This document shows positions 21,550 to 30,892 of a stretch of DNA of 64,000 bases, piece by piece. Within the stretch, counting starts at the first letter, position 1. Each line of letters opens with the position of its first letter. Under the pieces are notes generated by a model. That model saw only the letters and a program-made list of their open reading frames with translations, made no database searches and was not told the DNA's origin. The stretch comes from Promethearchaeota archaeon (GTDB lineage: Archaea; Asgardarchaeota; Lokiarchaeia; Sigyniarchaeales; SOKP01). The translations under genes and the position numbers were made by a program. The DNA lies in the NCBI GenBank assembly GCA_016839555.1, contig JAEOUA010000007.1, positions 32,001-96,000 of the forward strand. The letters are read 5' to 3'.

Positions 21550-21717
21550 GATATTATTAAAATTGAATTATTTTACATTTTAATTTTTTTATAAAATTTT
21601 TAATTTTTTATCGCTTTAAAGAGGCTCTAATCTATCAAAAAAAAAGTTAAAATTCTAATTAAATTTTTTACAAATCAATAATTTGAGAAATTACAGAGAT
21701 TATTTAGGTTTTGTTTT

Positions 21718-23199
21718 ATGGAAATTTTGGATTTCATGGCTTATGAATTGATACAAAAGATAAAAAACAAAGAACTTAAAATTGAGAATATAATTCGGCA
21801 AACATTCAAAAGAATTGAAGCGACAGAATCAACCTTACATTCATTTGTTCATTTATCTAAAGATGAAGCATTAGAAAAGGCTAAAAAATTAGATAAAGAC
21901 TTAGCAAAAGGAAAACCTATAGGAAAATTATATGGTCTGCCGATTGCAATAAAAGATTGTATCTGTGTAAAGAATTCACCTACCACATGTTCTTCCAAAA
22001 TTTTAGAGGGATATAGACCTCCCTATAATGCTACGGTCGTAGAAAAATTAGTAAATGAAAATAATGCTATTTGTATTGGGCGTACAAATATGGACGAGTT
22101 TGCGATGGGCACTTCTACAGAGAATAGTTGCTATGGACCAACTTATAATCCTTGGAATGTAGAATATGTTCCAGGGGGTTCTAGTGGAGGTTCTGGAGCT
22201 GCAGTGGCTTCTGGACAAGCAATTTTTGCCTTAGGAAGTGATACTGGAGGGAGCATAAGATGTCCGGCAGCATATTGTGGCGTGGTTGGTTTAAAACCGA
22301 CTTATGGGCGTAATTCTCGATATGGATTAGTTTCTTATGCCAATTCATTAGAGCAAATTGGACCGATTACCCGCTGTGTTAAGGATACAGCTTTACTAAT
22401 GGAAATTATGGCTGGAAATGATCCCTTGGATTCAACTACTGCAGATGTTCCTGTTGATAAATATACTGAACACTTAGATGAACCAATAAAAGGGATGACG
22501 CTGGGTATTCCTAAGGAGTTTTTTGGAGAAGGAATAGAATATGATGTTAAAAAAAAAGTAAACGATGCTATAGAAACTCTAAAAGATTTAAATGTAAAAA
22601 CCATAGAAGTCTCATTACCTCATTTGGAGTATACAATTCCTACCTATTATTTAATAGCAATGAGCGAAGCGAGCTCTAATTTGGAAAGGTTTGACGGATT
22701 GAGATATGGAAAGATGGCTGACGATTTAAGTGGTGATGTCTTTGATGTTTTTAAACGCACTCGAGGAAAAAATTTTGGTACAGAAGTGAAACGAAGAATT
22801 ATTCTCGGAACCTATGCGTTATCAGCAGGATATTATGATATGTTTTACATGAAAGCATTAAAAGTAAGAACTTTAATAAAAAACGACTTTCAAGAAGTGT
22901 TTAAAAAAACTGATGCGATTGTGTGTCCAACAATGCCCACAACAGCATTTAAAATAGGAGAATTGGTAGATGATCCCTTAAAAATGTATATGATGGATAT
23001 TTTGACTTGTCCTGTGAATATAGCAGGTTTACCAGCAATCTCTATTCCATGTGGGTTTGATTCCAACCATCTTCCAATTGGCTTTCAAATTATTGGAAAC
23101 TATTTTGCGGAAAAAAGTATTTTGAATTTAGCATATAAGCTTGAGCAAGAATTAAATCTTTATAGGAAATTACCGAATTTAGAAGAATTGGGGGAGTAA
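21718..23199 (+). CDS. gatA: Asp-tRNA(Asn)/Glu-tRNA(Gln) amidotransferase subunit A
   Basis: TNMDEFAMG, GGSSGGS, GSDTGGSIR, SSNLERFDG, EVKRRIILGTYALSAGYY. Confidence 0.96.
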   Translation: MEILDFMAYELIQKIKNKELKIENIIRQTFKRIEATESTLHSFVHLSKDEALEKAKKLDKDLAKGKPIGKLYGLPIAIKDCICVKNSPTTCSSKILEGYRPPYNATVVEKLVNENNAICIGRTNMDEFAMGTSTENSCYGPTYNPWNVEYVPGGSSGGSGAAVASGQAIFALGSDTGGSIRCPAAYCGVVGLKPTYGRNSRYGLVSYANSLEQIGPITRCVKDTALLMEIMAGNDPLDSTTADVPVDKYTEHLDEPIKGMTLGIPKEFFGEGIEYDVKKKVNDAIETLKDLNVKTIEVSLPHLEYTIPTYYLIAMSEASSNLERFDGLRYGKMADDLSGDVFDVFKRTRGKNFGTEVKRRIILGTYALSAGYYDMFYMKALKVRTLIKNDFQEVFKKTDAIVCPTMPTTAFKIGELVDDPLKMYMMDILTCPVNIAGLPAISIPCGFDSNHLPIGFQIIGNYFAEKSILNLAYKLEQELNLYRKLPNLEELGE

Positions 23200-23200
23200 G

Positions 23201-24652
23201 ATGTCTGATAATGAAGTTATTATTGGATTAGAAGTCCATATCCAATTAACTAATTTGAAAACAAAATTATTTTGTAGTTGTAATAGTGATTATCGTGGAA
23301 AAGAACCAAATACCCTTATATGTCCCATTTGCTTAGGTTTTCCCGGATCTCTTCCCGTTTTAAATAAAAAAGCCGTGGAATTTGCCATTCGGCTCGCATT
23401 AGCCTTAGATTGTGATATTAATAAACAATTCTTTTTCTTTAGAAAAAATTATTTTTATCCAGATTTGCCAAAAAATTTTCAAATAACCCAGTATAACAAA
23501 GCTGGTGGAAAAGCATTGGCGGACGGGGGATCTATAACCATAAAACTTGATAGTAAGCCAAAAACCATTCATTTAAATCGAATTCATTTAGAAGAAGATC
23601 CCGCTCGTTTAGTTCATCAAGGAAGTATTGCGAGTTCTCCTTATGCCTTAGTTGATTATAATAGATCTGGAATAACCCTTATTGAAATTGTTTCCGAACC
23701 AGAATTAAGTTCTCCAGAAGAAGCTAGAGAATATTTAAACCAATTAAAATCAATTATTCAATATACTGGGATTGCTGATTTAGATTTGGAGGGTTCATGT
23801 AGAGTAGATGCTAACATTTCATTAAAAGGACATGCTCGGACAGAAGTTAAAAATATTACGAGTTTTAAAGAAGTGGAAAGAGCATTAAAATGGGAAATTC
23901 AAAGACATAAAAATATGCTAAAACGCGATAAAGAGTTAATTCAAGAAACCAGACACTGGGATGATGTAAGGAGAGTCACAATTTCTCTTAGGACTAAAGA
24001 ATTCGAAAAAGATTATCGCTATTTTCCGGAAGAAGATTTAGTACCGGTTGAATTAGATCAATCTTTTATTGAAAAGGTAAAAGAAAAGCTACCTGAAATG
24101 CCAAATGAGAGAAAAAAACGCTTTCAAGAGCAATATAATTTGCCTGAATTCAATGCGGAAATTTTAGTAATTGATAAAAATATTGCGGATTTTTTTGAGA
24201 AAACAGTTAAAACAAATGAGAAATTTGATTCAGAGGACTTTAACCAGATTTGTAATTGGATAATGGGAGATATTTCTCGATGGTTAAATGAAAATAATAA
24301 AAGTATTAACCAAACGCAATTAACTCCAGAAATATTAAGTGAACTTATTATATTAATTAATGAAGGAAAAATCACGGGGAAAATCGCTAAGACTTTTGTT
24401 GATGATATGATGAAGGGGGAATCTCCTAAAAAGATTATGAAAAAGACTGGGAAAGAAAGAATTTCGGATAAAGAAACTATTAGAAAGATTGTAAGGGAAG
24501 TTATCGAAAAAAACCCTGAAATTGTAAAAGATTATAGAGAAAATCCCAAAGCACTCCAGGCTTTGGTTGGAAAATGCATGGCTAAAACAAAAGGTCAAGC
24601 AGATCCCAAAATCACTCGAGATATTATGCTCAAAGAGTTAGCAGAAAAATAG
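23201..24652 (+). CDS. gatB: Amidotransferase subunit B
   Basis: IGLEVHIQL, RKNYFYPDLPK, IHLEED, DYNRSG, DYRYFPE. Confidence 0.96.
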   Translation: MSDNEVIIGLEVHIQLTNLKTKLFCSCNSDYRGKEPNTLICPICLGFPGSLPVLNKKAVEFAIRLALALDCDINKQFFFFRKNYFYPDLPKNFQITQYNKAGGKALADGGSITIKLDSKPKTIHLNRIHLEEDPARLVHQGSIASSPYALVDYNRSGITLIEIVSEPELSSPEEAREYLNQLKSIIQYTGIADLDLEGSCRVDANISLKGHARTEVKNITSFKEVERALKWEIQRHKNMLKRDKELIQETRHWDDVRRVTISLRTKEFEKDYRYFPEEDLVPVELDQSFIEKVKEKLPEMPNERKKRFQEQYNLPEFNAEILVIDKNIADFFEKTVKTNEKFDSEDFNQICNWIMGDISRWLNENNKSINQTQLTPEILSELIILINEGKITGKIAKTFVDDMMKGESPKKIMKKTGKERISDKETIRKIVREVIEKNPEIVKDYRENPKALQALVGKCMAKTKGQADPKITRDIMLKELAEK

Positions 24653-24890
24653 CTCTAACAAATTTTTTTTCGAAATTATAATATAGAGCTTTAGTTTCCC
24701 CCTTATGAAAGAATTTTACCTTATAAATACAGATACAAAAAAAATAATGTGCTGTGCATTAATATCATTTAATTTAATGATCATACTTGAGTAAAATTTA
24801 ATAGATTTGAAATCGAAAATATGCATTAAGTAATAAAAATAAAATGAAAAAATCAAACGCTTACGAAATAAAAAATAAAGGTAAAAATTT

Positions 24891-26879
24891 ATGAGTGAAG
24901 AACGCAAAAAATTATGGGAACCCTCCAGAGAATGGATACAAAATGCGCAAGCAACTAAATTCATTGAATTCGTAAAAAAAAATTATGATACGAATATAAA
25001 AGATGGTAAAGAGCTTTACAAATGGTCCGTTGAAGATATATCGGAATTTTGGGCTGCCCTTTGGGATTTTACTGATATAAAAGCCTCAAAGAGTTATGAT
25101 AAAGTAGTTGAAAATCTTAGTGTATTTCCGGGGACAAAATGGTTTCCTGGAGCTAAGCTAAATTTCGCTGAAAACTTATTAAGATATAAGGACGAACAGT
25201 TAGCTTTTATCTTCCAAGGAGAAATGAGAGTTACTCAAAAAATGACTTACAAAGAGCTAAATAAGAAAGTAGCACAATTGGCAAAATCACTTCGAGATAT
25301 GGGTGTTAAGAAGGGGGATCGAGTGGTCTCCTATATTCCAAATCTGATTGAAACTCCAATGGCAATGTTGGCAGTTGCAAGTATAGGAGCGATTTGGGCA
25401 TCATGTGGAGCTGAACTACAAGCAAGAGCCGTTATAGATAGATTTGGTCAAATAGAACCAAAAGTCCTTTTCGCAGTTGATGGTTATTTTTATAAAGATA
25501 AGGCTTTCGATACGATTTCTAACGCAAAAGAAGTAGTTGAGGCCATACCATCTATTGAAAAAGTAATAGTAGTTTCATATGTTTCTGAAAATAAACCTGA
25601 TATCAGCAGTATTCCAAATGCTGTCCATTGGGATGATTTTATTTCAAAAGAAGATCTCAAAGAACCCGAATTTGAACAATTGCCCTTCGAACATCCCATT
25701 TATGTAATGTTTTCAAGTGGAACCACCGGAAAACCTAAAAGTATGGTACAAAGTGCAGGAGGAGTTCTTATTAATCATCTTAAAGAATTGATCCTTTCCA
25801 CTGATTTAAAACGAAGCGATGTAATAAATTATATAACTGCCCCCTCTTGGATGATGTGGAATTGGCTTATAAGTTCTTTAGCTGTGGGAGCAACTATTTT
25901 TCTCTATGATGGAAATCCCTTATATCCGGATCCTTTAAGAATGTTTGAATTGATACAAAAATACGGGATCACAATTTTTGGAGTATCAGCTACCTATCTT
26001 CATACTTTAATGGGTCAAGGATTAAAGCCTAAAGAGCAATATGATCTATCCAGCTTAAGGGAAATTTCGCAAACTGCAAGCACTTTAAGTCCAGAAGGAT
26101 TTGAATGGTGCTATAATCAAATTAAAGAGGATTTATACTTCAATTCAATTTCAGGGGGTACTGATATTAATGGCTGTTTTGCCGGAGCATTACCAATTCT
26201 TCCCGTATATTCAGGAGAATTACAGGGAAAAGCATTAGGGATGAAGGTTCAAGCATACGATACCGAAGGAAAACCTGTAAAAGATCAACAAGCTGAGTTG
26301 GTTTGCGAGGCACCAGCTCCCTCCATGCCAATATACTTTTGGGGAGACGATGATAATATGAGCAAATACAAATCTGCTTATTTTGAATTTTATGATGCCT
26401 TGGGGATAAATGTATGGCGACACGGTGACTGGATTGTAGAACATAGCGATACTGATGGAATCACTTTCTGGGGACGCTCTGATGCTACTTTAAAACCTTC
26501 TGGAGTGCGAATTGGTACTTCAGAAATATATAATGTGGTAGAGCAACTTCCGGAGGTTGTTGATTCATTAGCGATTGGACTGCCTGATGAAAAGGGAAAT
26601 GTAGCGGTAATATTGTTCACACAATTATGTGAAGGAATACAAATGACAGATGAAATTAAGGAAAAAATTAAAACGACGCTACGACAAAAAGCATCACCAA
26701 GACATGTTCCAGCTCAGATTATTGAAGTCCCTGAAGAAACTATTCCCTATACTTTCTCTGGCAAGAAGGTTGAAATCGCAGTCACGAAAATTCTCCGTGG
26801 TATGCAGGTAGCAAATAGAGGAGCATTGCGAAATCCCGACTCTCTTGACTTTTTTGAAGATTTACGAGGAAAAATATAA
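24891..26879 (+). CDS. Acetoacetate--CoA ligase (AMP-forming)
   Basis: WFPGAKLNFAENLL, FSSGTTGKPK, SISGGTD, GRSDATLKPSGVRIGTSEIY, ASPRHVP. Confidence 0.9.
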   Translation: MSEERKKLWEPSREWIQNAQATKFIEFVKKNYDTNIKDGKELYKWSVEDISEFWAALWDFTDIKASKSYDKVVENLSVFPGTKWFPGAKLNFAENLLRYKDEQLAFIFQGEMRVTQKMTYKELNKKVAQLAKSLRDMGVKKGDRVVSYIPNLIETPMAMLAVASIGAIWASCGAELQARAVIDRFGQIEPKVLFAVDGYFYKDKAFDTISNAKEVVEAIPSIEKVIVVSYVSENKPDISSIPNAVHWDDFISKEDLKEPEFEQLPFEHPIYVMFSSGTTGKPKSMVQSAGGVLINHLKELILSTDLKRSDVINYITAPSWMMWNWLISSLAVGATIFLYDGNPLYPDPLRMFELIQKYGITIFGVSATYLHTLMGQGLKPKEQYDLSSLREISQTASTLSPEGFEWCYNQIKEDLYFNSISGGTDINGCFAGALPILPVYSGELQGKALGMKVQAYDTEGKPVKDQQAELVCEAPAPSMPIYFWGDDDNMSKYKSAYFEFYDALGINVWRHGDWIVEHSDTDGITFWGRSDATLKPSGVRIGTSEIYNVVEQLPEVVDSLAIGLPDEKGNVAVILFTQLCEGIQMTDEIKEKIKTTLRQKASPRHVPAQIIEVPEETIPYTFSGKKVEIAVTKILRGMQVANRGALRNPDSLDFFEDLRGKI

Positions 26880-27040
26880 TTTTACTTCAATATTTTTTTT
26901 AGAAAAATCCTAAAAAAATTGACTTATATTAAAAATATATTTCATAATTTCCTTTTTTTTAAATCTAAAAATTTATAAATATCAAATCGAAGAATTTAGT
27001 AGGGTTAGTTTTGATATTTGAGATTTAAATTAAGAATAAT

Positions 27041-27307
27041 ATGTTTTCAATTCATTTCATGAGAACGCATAAATTAAACAGATGGAACTATAGTGAAACA
27101 GCTAAAAAATGGGTTTATGTTAATCTTAAAAATGGCAAAAGATATTACAAGTATCAGAACACCAATCCTACAAAATTTCATGAGCTAATAGTAAAATTAG
27201 AACATCTAAATCAACAATTACAGACTGAAACAGATCACGAAAAAAAGAAAGAAATTTTTAAAAAAATGCAAAAGATTAGCCATCAAATGCAAAATATGAA
27301 AAAATAA
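27041..27307 (+). CDS. Small hypothetical protein, paralog of 29613-29870
   Basis: KLN.W..SE...KWVY..LK.GK motif shared with the paralog. Confidence 0.75.
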   Translation: MFSIHFMRTHKLNRWNYSETAKKWVYVNLKNGKRYYKYQNTNPTKFHELIVKLEHLNQQLQTETDHEKKKEIFKKMQKISHQMQNMKK

Positions 27308-27342
27308 ATGTAAATTAGTTATTTTTAATCCTACATCCAAAA

Positions 27343-29346
27343 TTATGAAGTTTTAGGAAGTGAGATATAAAAAGTGGATCCTCTACTTTTCCCTTCAGAT
27401 TTTGCCCAAATCTTCCCATCATGTAATTCAATGATCTTTTTTGAAATATAAAGACCTAAACCTGTTCCTTCATTATTTAAATGGGAATTTCCTTCTTTTC
27501 GTATAATTTTACCGAATTGTGTAAATAATATCTTTTTTTCTCTCTCTGTAAACCCAATCCCATCATCTTGGATAGCTATAAGATACTCCTTAGGGGAATC
27601 AATTGAAGTAAGTTTTATAGACCCCCCCTCTGGAGTATTTTTTATGGCGTTTAATATTATATTATCTAAGACTTGTAGAATTTTTTCTTTTTCAATTTCG
27701 AGGGTCATATTCTCATGAATATCTAAGTTAATTGTCTGATTTTTTAAGTCTGCCGCAGATTTTAGAGATTTAACAGAAATTTCAATTAATTCACTTAAAT
27801 TTTCTTTTGATTTTAAGAATTCTATTTTTCCAGATTCTAATTTTGCCGCGTCTAAAATATCTTTAATAAGTTGTTCCAGTCGTTCACACCCATATTCTAT
27901 TTCATTTACAAATTTAATGGCGTCTTCACTTAACTCATTAATGTGGAATTGCATTAATAAATGTAAAAATCCTTTAATCGAAACAAGAGGAGTTTTTAAC
28001 TCATGAGAAGTTCTTCTTAATAATTCTGATTTTAATTTATTTAATTGTTGTAATTCTCTCTGAGATTCTTTTATTTTTTTTTTGGCCATTACTCGCTTAT
28101 GAATATTACTTATTGTGCCAACAAAACCTATAATTTTCCCTTCTCTATAAAGAGGTCTTGAATGTATGCGGGCGAAAAAAGTAGTTCCATTTTTTCTAAC
28201 TAATAGATATTCCGATGCTTCTGTTTCTTCTCCTTTTAAAAGTCTCTTTATATTTGCTTTTGCTTTACTTTTATGTTCATCTGCAATTATATCCATCACG
28301 TTTATTCCTTTTTGCAAATCCTCTTTTGTATAGCCAAATTCTTTAAATCCTTTTGTATTTGTAAAGGTAACATTACATTTTTTGTCAGCTTCATAAATTA
28401 TATCAGGAAGCAAATCCGTTAATTCCCTATATTTTTTTTCTGATGCTATTAATTTTTCTTTTGCTTCATTTTTTTTGCTGATATCCCGAGCTATTCCCCA
28501 TAAATATATAGGATTTTTATTATCATTAAAAACAGCATATGATTGTAACTCTACTGGAAAGATAGATCCATCTTTTCTAATATATTCCTTTTCATAAACT
28601 CCGGAGTATCCTTTCTTTAATAATCGATTATTCCATATTTCTTTTTCTTCCCAATCCCAATACTTTCTTGGTGTGATTTCATAAAAATTTTTAAATTCTT
28701 TAAGTTCCTTAAGAGTATATCCCAGCATCTTACAGTATGCCTTGTTCGCATCAATTATTTTACCATCAATATCAACCATCACAAATCCATCCCGGCTCCC
28801 CTCAAAAATTTCTCGATATTTTTCTTCAGATTCCTTTATTTTTTTTTGTGCTATTTTTCTTTCAGTGATATCTTGGAGAATAAATTGAATAAATTTTTTC
28901 CCATTCAGCTTTAATATAGAAGTGTATATACGAACCCATGCCAGATCGCCTTTTATTTTATAGATTGGAAACTCTAACTCCAAAGGCTTTTCATATTGTT
29001 TGATGTGTTCAATTATATCTTCATATTTAGGTATGAATTGCTGATTTTGTTTATTAAGGCTACAAATATCCTTATAAGATCTTCCAAGAATATCTTGAAT
29101 TGAATGGATTGATATAAAGCAATTCCCGGATTCATTAAAATATAATAATTTCCCATCTAAATCACAAAGTCCAATGTTATAAGGTGATTTTTGAAAGATA
29201 TCCTTCATTGTAGATTTTATCTTAAACCTTATTTTGTTTTCTAATGTTTGAATAATCTCCTCGAAGTCTTCATAAGGTTCTTTCAAATAATCTATTATCT
29301 TCTTTTTTTCAGCTTTTGAAAAGATTCTGATTCCAGTATTACCCAC
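27343..29346 (-). CDS. PAS-domain sensor histidine kinase
   Basis: Three PAS/PAC repeats, SHELKTPL H-box, NAIK, DDGIG, GTGLGL. Confidence 0.93.
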   Translation of the reverse strand: MGNTGIRIFSKAEKKKIIDYLKEPYEDFEEIIQTLENKIRFKIKSTMKDIFQKSPYNIGLCDLDGKLLYFNESGNCFISIHSIQDILGRSYKDICSLNKQNQQFIPKYEDIIEHIKQYEKPLELEFPIYKIKGDLAWVRIYTSILKLNGKKFIQFILQDITERKIAQKKIKESEEKYREIFEGSRDGFVMVDIDGKIIDANKAYCKMLGYTLKELKEFKNFYEITPRKYWDWEEKEIWNNRLLKKGYSGVYEKEYIRKDGSIFPVELQSYAVFNDNKNPIYLWGIARDISKKNEAKEKLIASEKKYRELTDLLPDIIYEADKKCNVTFTNTKGFKEFGYTKEDLQKGINVMDIIADEHKSKAKANIKRLLKGEETEASEYLLVRKNGTTFFARIHSRPLYREGKIIGFVGTISNIHKRVMAKKKIKESQRELQQLNKLKSELLRRTSHELKTPLVSIKGFLHLLMQFHINELSEDAIKFVNEIEYGCERLEQLIKDILDAAKLESGKIEFLKSKENLSELIEISVKSLKSAADLKNQTINLDIHENMTLEIEKEKILQVLDNIILNAIKNTPEGGSIKLTSIDSPKEYLIAIQDDGIGFTEREKKILFTQFGKIIRKEGNSHLNNEGTGLGLYISKKIIELHDGKIWAKSEGKSRGSTFYISLPKTS

Positions 29347-29612
29347 AATTAATACCTCTCTTTTTTAGCAAATCATAAATTCTTCTCTAAATAGTAAGAA
29401 AAAAAAATAAACAATTAAATCCATGATATAATTTGATATTTTTAAATTTTTATTTTTAGAAAGGGGAAAATTTTAAAAAGAATAATAAGAAATTAAAAAT
29501 ATATATTAATAGAAAATTTTATTAATAATTTTATTTTAAACTTAAATTAAATTCAATTTAATATTATATTTAAAAAAAGATAAAATTAGATATTTCCTTA
29601 TATACGCTAACT

Positions 29613-29870
29613 ATGAATAAACCAAAGCTTAACGAATGGATCTGGAGCGAAAAAGATGGCAAGTGGGTGTATATTGAATTAAAAGATGGGAAGGAAGTAT
29701 ATACATATTCTGAAAAGCCTCCGAAGAAATTTATGGAATTAAGCAATGAAATTATCAAATTAAATAAAAAATTATTGGAAGAAAAAGAATACGAAAAAAA
29801 TATTAAACTCTACAAGAAGATGATGGCTCTTTCTAAGAAAATGCAAGAAATGCGTATTGATCCTGAATGA
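29613..29870 (+). CDS. Small hypothetical protein, paralog of 27041-27307
   Basis: Shared Trp-rich N-terminal motif and C-terminal helical hairpin. Confidence 0.75.
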   Translation: MNKPKLNEWIWSEKDGKWVYIELKDGKEVYTYSEKPPKKFMELSNEIIKLNKKLLEEKEYEKNIKLYKKMMALSKKMQEMRIDPE

Positions 29871-29989
29871 GCCCCATAATATTTAATTTATATTAAATAT
29901 AGTAATTAGCATCTTTCTTTAAATAAAAAATGAAATTTTAATATTAATCACTCCTTATAGAAAGCGTATTTAATCTAAATTGTCGCTCC

Positions 29990-30106
29990 TTACTTCATTA
30001 CATTATTTCTATGACATTGACAACAGTATCCTTCTTTGCCTCGAGCTTGTTCTGCTCTACAACGATCACATTCTTGATGACCACAATAACTACATTTTCG
30101 AGCCAT
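29990..30106 (-). CDS. 38-aa Cys-rich microprotein, putative zinc finger; absent from the ORF track
   Basis: MARKCSYCGHQECDRCRAEQARGKEGYCCQCHRNNVMK; GGAGGT RBS upstream. Confidence 0.7.
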   Translation of the reverse strand: MARKCSYCGHQECDRCRAEQARGKEGYCCQCHRNNVMK

Positions 30107-30295
30107 AATATTTTTTTTACCTCCATTATTATTTTTTAGTATATAATTTTCTAATACCTTTTTATTATATTTTAATTCAAAATAGTTTTCAAAATCAGAA
30201 TAAAATATTAAAGTAGAATATTTATAAAATTTATCTAATAAAAATTTTAAGATCTTATTTGGCTAAAATAAACTTATAATGTTTTAATATTTTTT

Positions 30296-30859
30296 TTATA
30301 ACTCTACTTTATTAAGATATTTTGAGGGAATAATATCAGCTAAATACATATCCCCTGATTTATAAAATTTCACTCCGTCTTTTAATGCCCTATTAACATT
30401 TATTTCCAAAATTATTGGATTATTAGTGCGTCTTTGTGCTACACTCCTCGCGGTTTTGAGATCTTGACTTAAATGTACATATTGTCTCCCTTTACTCTTA
30501 AGCCCTTCATTTTTAATCTTTTTATAACTCCATGTGGTAGTCCCATGATATAATTTCTCCGGAGGATTTTTAATTTCAGCCATATTAATTTTTATATTGA
30601 TACTATGGCCATAGAATGCTCTTATGGAATTTTTATTTATTTCAAATCTCTTTTTATCAGATTTTTTGATTAAATCTTGAACTAATTCTTTATTAATTTC
30701 TATATTAGTAAATTTTTCATTAAGAATTTTTAAAACAGATTCTAATTTTGCATAACCCTTTGAATCGAGTTGAAAATCAAATTTTTCGGGATGATGACGT
30801 AAAATATAGGATAGGAATTTTGAGATCTTTATATATAATTCATTCAAAAAAAATATCAC
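30296..30859 (-). CDS. kptA: RNA 2'-phosphotransferase (Tpt1/KptA)
   Basis: SKFLSYILRH, KKRF, IRAFYGHS, LYHGT, RQYVHLS. Confidence 0.93.
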   Translation of the reverse strand: MIFFLNELYIKISKFLSYILRHHPEKFDFQLDSKGYAKLESVLKILNEKFTNIEINKELVQDLIKKSDKKRFEINKNSIRAFYGHSINIKINMAEIKNPPEKLYHGTTTWSYKKIKNEGLKSKGRQYVHLSQDLKTARSVAQRRTNNPIILEINVNRALKDGVKFYKSGDMYLADIIPSKYLNKVEL

Positions 30860-30892
30860 GTCATAAAATGTACGTAAGATTTTAATTATATC

